Translations under genes and position numbers: made by a program
Shown here: in pieces, positions 22,701 to 34,814 of the stretch
Position numbering within the stretch: the stretch's first letter is position 1
Layout of the letters: the number at the start of each line of letters is the position of its first letter
The notes under the pieces: model-generated
What the model saw: only the letters and a program-made list of their open reading frames with translations
The model's database searches: none
Told to the model about the DNA's origin: nothing
From: Tubulanus polymorphus
Lineage: Eukaryota > Animalia > Nemertea
Assembly: GCF_964204645.1 (NCBI RefSeq)
Contig: NC_134025.1
Coordinates: forward strand, 20,063,101-20,127,100
Direction of reading: 5' to 3'
Length of the DNA stretch: 64,000 nucleotides

Positions 22701-25700
22701 CAGTCTCAGTGTTCTTTGCAAGTAATGTTTCCATAGCAGTGACCAAGTAAGCGATTGCCTCATTTTTACGCTCCCCAGGACCATTCTTCTTTAAAGCCAA
22801 TGTAAGTCCAAGATAGAATCTGCAATACACAAAAGGAAAATGAGTACAGCTCTCCAGTAACTGAGGGTTCACTTACAGCACCAATTCTATAGACCAGTTT
22901 CGACAAGCCAAATGTACACTACTGCACTATTGCCTTTGAACAATAAATCTAATTGCTGGTGATGCAGAATGTAGCAATATGAAACATTTCTAGATTGTGT
23001 TGCTATAACTATACAGGGCTGTTAACTCATGACAAAATATCAACCAATCATCGAATGACCGTACCCATTTAAAAGTTGCGAATCCACTATTGCCAGTTTA
23101 TTAAACAGTTTTAAGCTTAAAAGTTTGAATTGTCAGCTTCATTGAAAACATAAAGTAACTATTAGCAATACAAATGTACAACAAAAATTGGAGTAAAAAT
23201 TTTTTGTGAAACTGGGCCCAGTGGTTAAATTCAAAACAGTCATGGCTTATTTTTAAGATCTCTCTAAGACAATTTTTATTGTACAGCCAATCAAAAAACT
23301 TAAGACTAGTCAAAATTTAAGACTAATTGACGACTTAAGTCACGACTGTTATAGTCTAACAGTAGTCTGAAATCACAAAGACTGGTCTTTAGTTTATAAA
23401 CTGGCTAATGAATCGACATCTAAGATGTGATAATTGCAGACTGTTCTTGTACCTTGTAAAGATAAGTAATTGTAACATTTACCAACCTCGAAGATTCATG
23501 TTGTGGATTCCATGCAAGGGCCGTTTCTAATCGATTGACAGCTACATCATACTCGCCCTGTATGACTAACATACGACCAACATGAAAATTATACACTGCT
23601 TTACTGTCATCTAATACCATCGCATCCATATATTTCAGGTAAGCTTGTCCCAATGGATTCTCTTCATCTGCGGCTTTTTGGGCAGCAGCGCCTTCCTGCA
23701 ACAAATTATGACCAGTTACATATACAGTTGGTATTATAGGGAAGAGGGATTGATAAAAATGTTGTGCATGGGATGTCATCATTTGATTGTCACACCTGGT
23801 TACTTAAAAATATGAACGTAACAACAATATATGATATGGGGATTAAGAAACTATTGAACTCTGTCATGGAAATCAGTCCTGTTTGACTGCCAATATGGTG
23901 TTAAAAGCACAACAGCCATAAAAATTCAAAAGAGTTGCCATAGAGACTGTGTCAAGATCAAGGAGAGAGGGAAGGAGAGAGATTAAGGAAGATAAATCAG
24001 AATTTAAACTAGGAGAATACAGTCATGTCTCGATGTACAGCCAACATAGGAGATTCATGTTTTTGTGTTTTTGGTGGCATAGAAAATCAGATTTTCTATT
24101 CACATTCTTTTCCTTATTCTTTTAGTACAGATGTGCACGCTCCAAAGATTACTCGCGAAAGCGAGTGTGCTAGAGTATTTCAATGAATGAATGAATGAAT
24201 GAGTGAATGAATGAATGAATGATCGAGTAAGGCAGTTTATTGGGGTATTACTAAGGGGAGTTGCTGAACCATCACCATGCATATATAGATGTACACAGCA
24301 TTGTTTTATTTCATCAATGTCACAAACTTACTGCAGTGTTGTACAACAACCATGTGTATAATGTGTGTGTAACATCGTTAGAAATGCCAAAAAGACTTCA
24401 GTCCTGTTAGTTACATGATTAATTAAAGGATTTCATGTATATGTAATCTAGTTACGACCAACATTTGGATTGAGCTTGAAATTGAACAAAAGTGATGATG
24501 CAATACTAATAAATTGAACAAAAGTGATGATGCAATACTAATAAATCCGGAAATGGAGGGGCCATTGGCAGTACCCGCCAATCGCTGTAGGGTGTTCACA
24601 TTGCTTCCATACGTACTGAATTTTATTTAAAACTCATACCTTAGACGCTGAATCTTATCGCAATTTGCTGGCTGATCAACATGGTGGGGATTCCCGATGG
24701 TTTTGCTATGCAGTATATATATGCAATTATTGTAACCAGTTGTACGTAATTGGCAAATGTCCATCCACATGTTGAAAAAACAACAGCTTAACTAACTGTA
24801 TTTATATAGGATTGTACCAAGAAGATTCATGTCTTCGTTTAGGAATGTACTAAGAAATTTCATTGGAAGTGGCGGTATGTGGAGGACAGTAACTCAGGAC
24901 TTTTGCAATGCATTAGAGATACAGATAAGCAAGGCCGGCCGTGTAGCAAGACATGACTGTACCTTCTTAGAAAACAGAGAAGTTTAAATTGTACATGTAC
25001 ATGCTTATTCAAAACTACTGGCACCAATGAACACAACTACCAGTATTACCAAGAAATGGCCTCTGAAACTTCCTAGAGAGAATATCAACGCGCTCTATTG
25101 TTAAGTCGCAAAAACTTACTTGAGTAGCTTGCTTTGATTTCCAGACAAATAATGATTGTACATGGTCTGCCTTTCCACTCTGACCAGAATTGATTAAATG
25201 ATGATATTCTTCATCAACTGCTTTCAGTTGAAGAGCTAGTGGTGAATTTTCATCGACGCCCCTTAGTTTACAAATTGCGGCCACTTCCTCTTCTTTTGAA
25301 CTCTCCTTCGCTTCCATATTAAGAGAAGGCAATTCATCCATTTCCTGTGAAGAAATCATTCAAGAGACTTTTAATTTGTCAGTGTCAAATTTTGTTTCAC
25401 ATCTGTCAATGTTTTGGCATTACAAAATTGTTTAAAAAAACTGAAAAAGACACTCTAAATATTTGGATGGATATATGAAAGCTGTGGGTACTGGAGTGTG
25501 TAATGGGTAGTGTAGTGTGATCTGTGTGCATTTGTGGCGAGCACACAGATCACATTGTTCAATGGGGTTTGGTCCAGGACTCGCGAGATTTTCTGACAAC
25601 ACGGAAGTAACGTGTAATAAACGATGACTTGAATTGCATGACTACCTACCACCCCTCATTATTGTTGGAAAACTAAACGTTCGGCACTGACTAAAAATTA

Positions 25701-28700
25701 GTAATAACATTTTAGAAATGGCCAGAATTTGAACTTAGGTTCTATCTCATTTTTATTTTACAATTGCGATTGGAATAATTTTATTTCAAACGGCCGTTAA
25801 GGCTTCATGTTTCGTCTGCAATTCACTGCAAATAGTTACGCAACTACGCACATTTCAGTGTTTTTGGCAGCTGTACACTCAATCGGCACCGTTCGTGACT
25901 AGCTTCACTGCGGAATTATCATTAATTAACATCGCCATATCACATCATCAACTTATATTGTGCCTTAAAACCCTAACAGCCGAAATAATTGAAATGCACA
26001 CACGATTTCTATCATTGAAAATTGAGAGTGGCCATGTTTGTGTTTGCTGCTTCGCGTAAATCCCGCGCGGTGGCGCACCCGTGCTGAGTGCGGCCGATAC
26101 GTCCAGATATTTATTTGGAGACCGTGACTGTGAACACGCAGTACAGTCCAGTGATTCTTAGCTCACAATATACATAGAAGTTATACAGATAGTTTAACAG
26201 AAATATGAATATACAAGATAGGATATCATGGAGATCATATGCATTTTACATACATAGACATAACATTGCATCATTACAGGATGTGGCCAATGTTGGTGAG
26301 ATTTTATCCCAAACAATGAAAATAAAGATGCACGGTGAAGAGCCCTTAAAATTATGTGCTTAAATTGATATACCCAAGGCATGCGGGTCGAGTGCGTGAT
26401 GTTTAACTAAAAATCACCGAAGGGCCGAGCCAGCCTGGGTGTCGAACATGAAAATTGCCGGTCATGTGTTCCGCACCCGATTCAATTTTCATGCGAGAAG
26501 ACACATCAACGATCGTAAATCATCTCACAAACCGATCTAAAACAAATGCATCTCAGGTATCAATTGATAATTTGCTGGTTGCAAATGCTACAACTGTTAT
26601 ATCTATCTGTTGCGTATTTATTAGGAAAAATGCCCACTTTAGTTTCGAGATTTCATAGGAACTCACAAGTTAGACAAAATGGCATTGTCATTCATAGAAA
26701 TGTTACAAAATGTAAACAGTCTCCACTCGCATGAGTATCTTCATGACAATAAATGAACAAAATGTTTTCATAGCACAAGCGAATAAATTTACCTCATTTT
26801 TCAGGCCATATCTATCCTCTGCATAATATTTTTCCTCGAGCAGCATTCCTAACCGCAGGTGAAGACTAGCATCACGTGGCTTACTTTTAATGGCAGTAGC
26901 GAAACAACAACTGGCATTGTACAGATGGTCAATAGGCGATTCACCTTCAGGATATTTTTTGATCACACCTTAAAATACAATTGCCTGATCTATGGATGTG
27001 GATGTTAAGATATGACAGATTCTTATAAATAACCTCTTATAAAAAATATTCACAAATTCCAAAGCGCATTAAAAACACAATTTAATCTAAATACAGCAAT
27101 CAAAATCAAAATGACACAATGTCACAGATCTCACTATTGACACCTCTATAGTACAATATACATGTACATGTATATCATATCTTCCTCACAAGATGGTACG
27201 ATAATACAGTCAAACCCACTGAATCTGGATTGTGGTCTAATCCAGACAACATTTGCAGTCTATTTTGTTCATTAATATACAGGAAAATCACTTTTAATTT
27301 GGATTTCTCGTAAAAACCGGATGAATTTTGTTGGTCCCAAATGATCCGCCTTAAGTGGACTCTACTGTACAAATATACACGGTATCTGCTTTTTCAAAAT
27401 CAGATAAAATAAATCATATAGGCCTCATCGAAAATTATAGTACATAACAACTTACCCATGGTTGGAAGGGATTTGAAGTATTTTTCTATATGCTCCTCGC
27501 CTTGTTTGACCAGTTTATCTGCATTTGACTCATCAAATATCTGTAGCAACTGTTTTTCCCAGCTACGCACCTGAGGGTAATGGGTATGATAAAATTCAGC
27601 TTCAGTATCTTCAATAACACATAATGATTATCTCAAAATACTTGTTCCCATACCTGTACAGAGTGGCTCGGTTTGTCAGTCTGGGCTTTAAACTTACCAG
27701 TCAAATCCTGAAAGAAATTGAAATCATACATGCACAAAATAAATCAACTAGATGTACCATATCAATTAACGTACCTCAGATTTTGGTTTCAAATTACATT
27801 TCTCTATCATGCCTCCTAATTCCTGTAGTTTCACAGCATCAGTAGCTCCTGAATGACAACAATTTACAACAATTCATTAACATATAGAGATAGTCAATTA
27901 TGACAGTAGGCGGGGACGCATTAAGAAAATATCATCCTCACATGTAGGGATTCAAAACCTGAAGGCATAGTGAAACTTTGCCAGATAATGAAGCCCGTAA
28001 AAGGAGCCTGGCCAAATCATCATCGTCTACTGAACACAATAGGTACAATGGATATAGCAATTCCCTAAGGCGCACTTGTAAGGCATTGTGGTGGTTTTAT
28101 GAGATAAGATTATTCATTTTTCTCAGCATTGCTTTGTTCAAGAATATCAAACTACAAGCAAAAATCAGAAAAATCTGAACATCAGTTGTTGACGCGGCTC
28201 ATCGGCAGCTCTAGCTAACGCGGTTATTCTACTCTCATGTCCCATGGTAGTCACAAGCGTTCAAACTATTGTGCGCGTATGTGGAAAAAGACATTTATCC
28301 ATGTAGACCTATCAAAATTTGGAAACACTGATCATCTTTCAACAAAGAGTGTTTGGTATTACATTTTGGAATCTTTGCATTACTAGTGAACAGAATCCCC
28401 ACACCAGACAGACTACAGTCAGCACAGATTTAAATGCCATCACAATGACCATATAAACTTCAAAACTTCATCAATGGAAAAATACCATGCATTAAGACCT
28501 ACCTCCTCCAGTAAATGGAATTGATGCTATGATTTCATTCAATTTCAGTTCACAGTCAGCATCTTCAATTTTCCAATCTCCAATTAATGCCTCTTCGCTT
28601 AACGGATCAACCTTCGATGTTTTTGTAAATTCATCAATTATCGGTCCGCTGTAAGTACGTTTTGGGTCACTGTTCCTGATAGAAATCGGTAGATACAATG

Positions 28701-30400
28701 CCGATAATGACACAGGGCACTGATACTTCATGGCTAAAGGTGCATCATGGATCTTTACGTATCGTGGAATCTGTTTTTTCGTTACCTTTATTAGGTACTC
28801 CTATAGAAAGCAAATAACATTGAGATTACCATAAGCTCAAATAGAAACGTCAACTCAGGACCACTTGATTCTTTCAGTGCCCAGTTAATCATTCAATTAA
28901 GACCACATCCATATTTTGTGTGATGAAAGATGATTCATTTGGAAAGGGCAAGGTGAAATTGTATAATAAATTTTGCAACTCTTATGTGGTAGTTTGAGAG
29001 CTGTCATTGGCTCTATCAGTCGCAGGATCAGTACTTACCGCGGTGTTAGAACCATCAACAGAACAGACTTGAATAGCTGCATCAGTTTGTCCCGTATTCA
29101 ATTTGACAGGTTGTGATGCATCTTTTCCACAAACAGTTATGACGCATTTAACATCTGTAGCAGTGGCTGTCACAGTGAGTTCATTCACACAACACGATAG
29201 ACAACCTATAAATATCATGATTACCTCTTAAATTCGATGTATGATTTACCGGTATTGTGCGACTATTAGGCCCATCCATTTTTCAAATATACATTGTCAT
29301 TAGCAAATAATGGAAAATTTGAAGTTGTAATTCGTCTTTTGAACTAGGCCAATTTTTGAAAATGCCAATTTGCACCCTTCTTTTAGTCTAAAAAATTTTT
29401 TAGACGGTAGGACTCTGTGCCCAACGGATCCACCTAATACATACAGGTATAATTGAAGATATCGGCTGAAAATTCTGGTTGTGAATTTTCAGCACTTAAT
29501 TTTATAGCCGTCAATGAAGCATCTTTTGCTGACAGTCTTTTTACGTGGATGATATAGATTTTAGTGGTCTTTCCACCATTGTCTAAAAAATTTTTTAGAC
29601 GGAAGGACTCTGTGCCCAATGGATCCACCTAATACATACAGGTATAATTGAAGATATCGGCTGAAAATTCTGGTTGTAAATTTCCAGCACTTAATTTTAT
29701 AGCCGTCAATGAAGCATCTTTTGCTGACAGTCTTTTTACGTGGATGATATAGATTTTAGTGGTCTTTCCATCTTCGGCAGTGACTTCAATCTTGACATCG
29801 GTCACAATTCCCTCCTTCAACGCAATAGTTTTACTCCCATCACTGCCCTAGAAGAAAAAACCATGTCCAATGCTCTGCCTAAAAATCTGCCTGTTCTTTA
29901 GTTTCGAATCAGATAGTTCAGTTTTGTCTTTTTCTAGTTAAGAAAGAGGCACAAACTCTCTGTAGGCCCTATATGAAAGAAGTTTTTGGGTTGGCTAGCC
30001 AGTTAACTCCAACTGATTTGATAAGCAATTCCCCATTTCATAAAACCCATTTTTAGGCACGTTAGGCGTTGAATTTTATTATGTGGATGTGTGGCTGTGA
30101 CTTGTTTAGGCCGGCTCCCTGGGCTAAGTGTTAAAGTTAACAAAGTGGAGTGGTTCGTTAAGTTATTCAATTTTCTCCAGGGCAGAGGAGAAGGGAAAGA
30201 GTCGAGATGGCGTCCTTAGCGACCAACGAAAAACGCACCAATATTGAATAGCTAGCTCCAGTGTCACTCGTCAAACAGTCAAGAGTGATATTGGGAACAT
30301 CACTTGCGAGTGTAACGTTATATTCGAGAAGCTGTCGATTGAATTTCGGCGATAATTTGCCGGGTTTAATTGACAACTTTTCCAGATCGCAGTCGTCCAT
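16561..30400 (-). CDS. Uncharacterised ~1109-aa protein: 2x cadherin-like beta-sandwich, U-box-like domain, TPR-like repeats, RG-rich linker
   Basis: 20 GT-AG exons spliced by hand sum to 3330 nt with an open frame from ATG at 30400 (MDDCDLEKLS) to TAG at 16561 (FFRHKCWI*). Confidence 0.88.
17067..17240. mobile_element. Tc1/mariner (Tigger/pogo-like) MITE
   Basis: TA|CAGTGGCACCTCG...CGAGGTTCCACTG|TA. Confidence 0.75.
17358..17540. mobile_element. hAT-like MITE with 5-bp TSD
   Basis: Perfect 14-bp TIR CAGAGCCGTCGGAA / TTCCGACGGCTCTG flanked by ACAGA on both sides. Confidence 0.8.
17644..17860 (-). CDS. U-box/TPR gene exon 19
   Basis: IHDAYIELADMLIKDDPLGAVDIF...SFDDAYIHGEIVRLL. Confidence 0.87.
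17932..18086 (-). CDS. U-box/TPR gene exon 18 (TPR-like)
   Basis: HARLGLARALAR...EEAKKYYNEVMSMAPE. Confidence 0.85.
19374..19563 (-). CDS. U-box/TPR gene exon 17 (low complexity)
   Basis: PATGRGAATPATRGATKSVGVRG...ESTKEE. Confidence 0.8.
19657..19739 (-). CDS. U-box/TPR gene exon 16 (RG-rich)
   Basis: AARGTPATRGTTSRGTAGRAASKVPAK. Confidence 0.8.
20117..20263 (-). CDS. U-box/TPR gene exon 15
   Basis: QLWWQEREKQEEEKKK...AVRGRGTTTPIR. Confidence 0.83.
20421..20619 (-). CDS. U-box/TPR gene exon 14
   Basis: SIYLLGCAQFSQ...EAKLSFKASIDLEGKP. Confidence 0.83.
20882..21107 (-). CDS. U-box/TPR gene exon 13
   Basis: AALLAAQTL...YKQIEWVLLGAHSNLLE...IQRCQRLSALI; not in the ORF track because it has no start codon. 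Confidence 0.8.
21187..22041 (-). mobile_element. Internally deleted hAT-like transposon retaining the N-terminal BED-like zinc finger (ORF 21256-21573)
   Basis: 12-bp TIR CAGAGATGCTAG / CTAGCATCTCTG; TAAGTA on both flanks; subterminal TTCCGGAA repeats; ORF with WHWL...YCVVC...RHPDSARH. Confidence 0.8.
22240..22383 (-). CDS. U-box/TPR gene exon 12
   Basis: LHADDL...LLRSIIQLG...EDVFHT; donor AC|gtaagt. Confidence 0.8.
22679..22819 (-). CDS. U-box/TPR gene exon 11
   Basis: RFYLGLTLAL...EAIAYL; phase 2-2. Confidence 0.83.
23487..23695 (-). CDS. U-box/TPR gene exon 10 (TPR-like)
   Basis: YNFHVGRMLVIQGEYDVAVNRLETALAWNP. Confidence 0.85.
24479..24544. repeat. 32-bp tandem duplication
   Basis: AAATTGAACAAAAGTGATGATGCAATACTAAT x2. 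Confidence 0.9.
25120..25344 (-). CDS. U-box/TPR gene exon 9
   Basis: EMDELPSLNMEAKESSKEEEV...WKSKQATQ|gtaagt. Confidence 0.83.
26793..26968 (-). CDS. U-box/TPR gene exon 8 (TPR-like)
   Basis: FATAIKSKPRDASLHLRLGMLLEE. Confidence 0.85.
27207..27367. mobile_element. Degenerate Tc1/mariner MITE
   Basis: TA|CAGTCAAACCCAC...GTGGACTCTACTG|TA. Confidence 0.5.
27456..27570 (-). CDS. U-box/TPR gene exon 7
   Basis: VRSWEKQLLQIFDESNADKLV...; donor ATGG|gtaagt. Confidence 0.8.
27654..27707 (-). CDS. U-box/TPR gene exon 6
   Basis: ttcag|GATTTG...GTACAG|gtatgg, phase 0-0. Confidence 0.7.
27775..27848 (-). CDS. U-box/TPR gene exon 5
   Basis: cag|GAGCTACT...TCTGAG|gtacgt, phase 1-0. Confidence 0.78.
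28503..28800 (-). CDS. U-box/TPR gene exon 4 (U-box-like)
   Basis: YQCPVSLSALYLPI...TYSGPIIDEF...DPLSEEAL. Confidence 0.85.
29039..29205 (-). CDS. U-box/TPR gene exon 3
   Basis: VKLNTGQTDAAIQVCSVDGSNT; donor GCG|gtaagt. Confidence 0.85.
29386..29770. repeat. 195-bp tandem duplication covering the 3' part and donor of exon 2
   Basis: GTCTAAAAAATTTTTTAGACGG begins at 29386 and 29581; the ORFs 29434-29628 and 29629-29820 share a nearly identical C-terminal ~47 aa. Confidence 0.95.
29640..29847 (-). CDS. U-box/TPR gene exon 2
   Basis: IEVTAEDGKTTKIYIIHVKR (cadherin-like signature); ag|GGC and T|gtatgt junctions. Confidence 0.88.
30239..30400 (-). CDS. U-box/TPR gene exon 1 (cadherin-like domain 1)
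   Basis: MDDCDLEKLSIKPGKLSPKFN...YNVTL...; donor TTG|gtgcgt. Confidence 0.85.
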
Positions 30401-31772
30401 TTTGAAAAATGGTTGCCCGTCCGCTCCGAGCAATTCAAATTAATTTTATTTTCATATTAAATGGGAACGGGGTGCGCTAGCTGGAGTGTGGACGTGGAAG
30501 TTTACTAAAACACTAGTACGTTAACCGAGATATTATATTAATTACATCCCATGAAAAAGTGGTACCAACGAAATCAACCAAAAATGGAAACTATCATAAA
30601 CTTCACCCTTCAGAAATGGACGCCCTCATTTCGATAATTCTGGAGTCACCCCAATTTATTATCCGGGAAATCCGAATTTCATTGGAGATGGTGGTGAACG
30701 CTGAGGATTTATTCGAAGAATTTTCCCCGTTTGGAGTTAGTTGGGAAAATGAAGAAATAACCGATAAACGTAAGTATAAAGTAGATTTCACTTGTTATAA
30801 TTTGTATTGTTTTGGGAGCATTTTTTCGACGAGAAAAACGACTCATCTCTAATTCAATTCAATCACTTTATTATTTATTGCATTGAAACATTAAAATTTT
30901 GAGAGACGAAACTTACCTGTAAGTTGAAGTTTGACTAAAATCAAAAATGTGACTAGTTTCATAAACGTGATTAGCTACTACACTCTCGGGTTTGAAATTT
31001 TTTACGTCATTTTATGTTCTCTGAGGCGCTTTTTCAAATCACGCCCGGTTTCACCAATAATAATATATATTTTACAAAGTGGCTATTCGTACGGACCCGT
31101 ACGGATTAAATTACGTACTAGAATTAGGCCAACAGATCAGATCACACTAATGAACAAAAATTGGTTCCACAATGACCTATCAAGACTGATTCAGGTTAAC
31201 CGTTTGTTATGGAAATGGACCATTTTATCAAATCTAAATTTTGAAATACAAGTAGAAAAGAATTTATTACCTTTTTCTTTTTCTGAAGGGGATAATTTTA
31301 TAAATGTATCCGCCTTACATTGTTTCTTTGGCAAACCAATTACGGTTAACCCTGCACCTTTGGGCCTGCCTCTCTTGGGCATTCTTGGTGGTAATCGCAC
31401 TTCATTCAATTGCACGATTCCTGGAAAGATAAGGGCATCTTGCACATTTGTTGAAAAATTTGTTTATTATCAATTTACACAATTTCAATAAAACATAAAT
31501 AATAACTTACCAGTTGAAATATCATCCAGAACATTGGAGGTAGTTGGAGCTGGTGCAATTGATTCAGTTAAACCTGTAAAACAAACAATATGTACATGTT
31601 TATTAAATGAATTAATTGCTTAATGAACTAAATGCATTTGCACGTAATTTCAAAAATTTTAATCACCTTTGTCTGCTGAATCCTTGGAGGTAGTTGGAGC
31701 TGGTGCAATTGATTCAGTTAAACTTAAACCTGTAAAACAAACAATATGTACATATTTATTAAATGAATTAAT

Positions 31773-34745
31773 GGCTCCTACTAAAAGCCGACCAGCGCCG
31801 ACTAGCGCCGACCAGCGCCGACCAGCTATCAAAAGCGCCGACCAGATACGCTTACCAAAACGGATAACAAATTCTTAAATTGAAATAATAACTTTTATTT
31901 TTATCTTTTTACTTTTATCTATTTAACACGATTAACTCGATTGATCGTTTAAACTAGTGTGTCGGCATCAAAAGTCAAAAACAAGATACTTAGAGCTACA
32001 ATACATTTGCAAAGAAATACTTATTTAACTTTTTTCATTGAATTAAATAACAGAAATATACCAATATACAAATTTACATGTTAACAATTTACATTCAGGC
32101 TTATATTCACTATATTTCTCAGATCTGAAATTTACAACGGTTGATAGTCTGATAGTTTGAACTTTGTCATCAAAAACATGTTGAGCTACAATAGCAATAC
32201 TTTAACTTTTTCAGTGAATTATTAATTACAAAAATATATACAAATTTACAAGTTTACAATTTACATTAGGACTATTTCACTATTTCTCGGCGAAATTATA
32301 CACGTTAACACATATCACTGATATTTCTATTAACCTAACCTTAATTTTCGACTTTTTGAATTTTCCGATTCGCCGTTCTTTCACTTTTTACGCGTTTCCT
32401 CTGACCTGGTTTTTTTGCAATATTTCCGGTTTTAGGAATAGTCAGCAGACCATCTGTTGATGTCATTGTATTAATTGGTTTTGTTGGCCTTATCGTGGCT
32501 TTCATGAATTTCTCAAATAGTTTTTTTTTATCGTTTTCAGTTTTTTGAGTCCAAATGGCATGGCTGACAGTATAGCTTTTTAATTTTGATACGATTTCGA
32601 AGTTTCCTTGGTTGTGAATAGCTCTGCGAATATCGATATATTGTAGTTTCACCATTTTATGTAATTCCTCGATTAAGTCCGGAATCTTTAATATCTTCCA
32701 TTTGGTTGAAAGTTTTATGATACTGTTAATTGTCTCGCAATTGTTGTTGGTCCAACCGATTGAATGGACCTTTTTCACGACTGACGGAAAGAACACATAC
32801 TGCTTTAGTCGCGGTTCCAGTTTGTTGAAATAGGCTATAAACTCTGGTGCTGATTCCATTATGTCTGCCTTTGTTTCAATCATTTTTTGTTCGTATTTGA
32901 ATTCGTCATCCTGATGCAGCGCTCCACTTTTACCGAATATCGCATCGACTATTCTATCTTTAACTTTATCGTTGACACCAGTTTTGTGCAACAAATGTCT
33001 TTTTACATTTTCGATAAGATGCCGGTAACACAATATTTGATTAGCGGAGGGGAATGCCTCTTTTACCGCCTTAAGCAACGCTTTTTCTTCATCAGAACCG
33101 AAAGTCAGAGATTCACTGTAGGCGATTTCAGTCGTTGTGACTTCCGAGTCAAGCTTCCCTTTGATGTGTGCGAAGAAATGCTGATAGGTTTCGGTTTCCC
33201 CGTCCCAATGTAAAAACAGAGGGCCGATGAATATCGGGTGTTCCTGAGTTTCCCGGCGAAGTAAATGTGTATTCTTAAAAACGGTAATTGTCAAAAAACA
33301 CGCACCAACGTTATATGTCCTGTCAACACCAAGGATAGATCCAGACTGTACACAGAATGTACGAATGTCTTTAATTTGTTGGTCTGTATATAGAATAGCC
33401 ATTGGTGGTTTTCCTTTCAATGCGAACACTTCTCGTACAAAATCGTTTTCATGAAGCATATTAAACAGTTGTTGAATGTCATCGGCGACATTTTTCCTAA
33501 AACAAAGTCGGTTTGAGATTTCAAAGTTTATCTAAATGATCGTTATGACGCCACGTGATCTGTTATTCCAATGTGAGAATCAGTCAGCAGAAAAATAAAA
33601 TCTAATTAGTCAAATAATGATTTGATAGTACATATTTAAGTACAATAAATACATGTACCAACCTTTGCAAGGATATTGGAGAGTTGTCTTTCCTTTTCTT
33701 TTTCGTAGTGGTGCCATTGGAATAAAATTTCGTTAAACGTCCCGTGTGTGCTGTTAGCGCTCTCTTGCTCAGAGAATAGTCCGAAAAGAACTGTGACCCC
33801 TGTTATTTTCGCCCAGTTTATATACAATTCAGGGATGACTAATTAAAAACCAATGTAATTAGTCAATGGAATTGATATATTTATAAGTTTATTTTATGTC
33901 CATTGATCTTAAAGTCAATTGGTCAACGGGTCATTGTTTTAACAGATCAAAAGAATTACTAAATTGGTTTTTGATGACAAGCCCAGTAAAATTCAAACGG
34001 TTTAAGTAATTATATCTTAAAGTTGCGTGTGTCGAATGATTTCACACATCTAATTAGTGGATGATCACAGTTATTTTATTCCTTTCATCAGTAATTCCTT
34101 TCTTTTATTTAATTGAGAAGTGCGTTCTTGACTTCAGTTCACATGCTACTTCCCCTGGACCAATGATCAAAGCTGTTATGAACGTCCTTATTAATTTTAG
34201 CGCGTGTACGTGACGAGAGTAAAAATCTATTAGGCAAATATCATACGAGATGTATGATATACACATAAACATACATGAAAAAGAAAGAAAGATTTTAAGT
34301 TGTTTGCATTTTCTTTTATTTCAAATAACGATAGTATATGAAATCCCAGTCATATTTAATGCAAGCTTAACATGAAAAAATAAACCTGATCAATATACCA
34401 ATTTCAATTTAATTTTGCCATATGAAATTATAAATCTAAAAGTACATCAGACAGCAGAATACATTTTAACGAATATTGTCTTGGACATGAAAACTCAGTA
34501 AAAAATTAACACGAACACAATGCAATCCAAGTAAATATAACCATTTGAATCTAATTTTGCATGTAGTCATAGGTAAGACAGCAGCATACATTTTTAACGA
34601 ATTGTCTAGGAAATCGGGGCTTGGACGGCGCTTGGACGGCGCTGGTCGGCGCTTGGACGGCGCTGGTCGGCGCTAGTGGGCGCTGGTCGGCGCTAGTGGG
34701 CGCTGGTCGGCGCTAGTCGGCGCTGGTCGGCTTTTAGTAGGAGCG
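31773..34745 (-). mobile_element. Second MULE nested in the first
   Basis: TIRs GCTCCTACTAAAAGCCGACCAGCGCCGACTAGCGCC with 10-bp subterminal tandem units; 8-bp TSD GAATTAAT at 31765-31772 and 34746-34753. Confidence 0.88.
32341..33459 (-). CDS. MULE DDE transposase, 372-aa open C-terminal part (5' end damaged)
   Basis: GVDRTYNV (D), FGSDEEKAL (D), LCYRH (CxxH) and WTNNNCETIN (E). Confidence 0.8.
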   Translation of the reverse strand: MLHENDFVREVFALKGKPPMAILYTDQQIKDIRTFCVQSGSILGVDRTYNVGACFLTITVFKNTHLLRRETQEHPIFIGPLFLHWDGETETYQHFFAHIKGKLDSEVTTTEIAYSESLTFGSDEEKALLKAVKEAFPSANQILCYRHLIENVKRHLLHKTGVNDKVKDRIVDAIFGKSGALHQDDEFKYEQKMIETKADIMESAPEFIAYFNKLEPRLKQYVFFPSVVKKVHSIGWTNNNCETINSIIKLSTKWKILKIPDLIEELHKMVKLQYIDIRRAIHNQGNFEIVSKLKSYTVSHAIWTQKTENDKKKLFEKFMKATIRPTKPINTMTSTDGLLTIPKTGNIAKKPGQRKRVKSERTANRKIQKVEN

Positions 34746-34814
34746 GAATTAATTGCTGAATCTATAACTTACCTGTTTCCTTTGCAATTGATTTCATTAA
34801 TTTACAAACACTTA

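Noticed and set aside
30931-31491. 186-aa + strand ORF
   Set aside because: It crosses a MULE TIR and is antisense to the transposase tail (KRGRPKG), with no recognisable domain.
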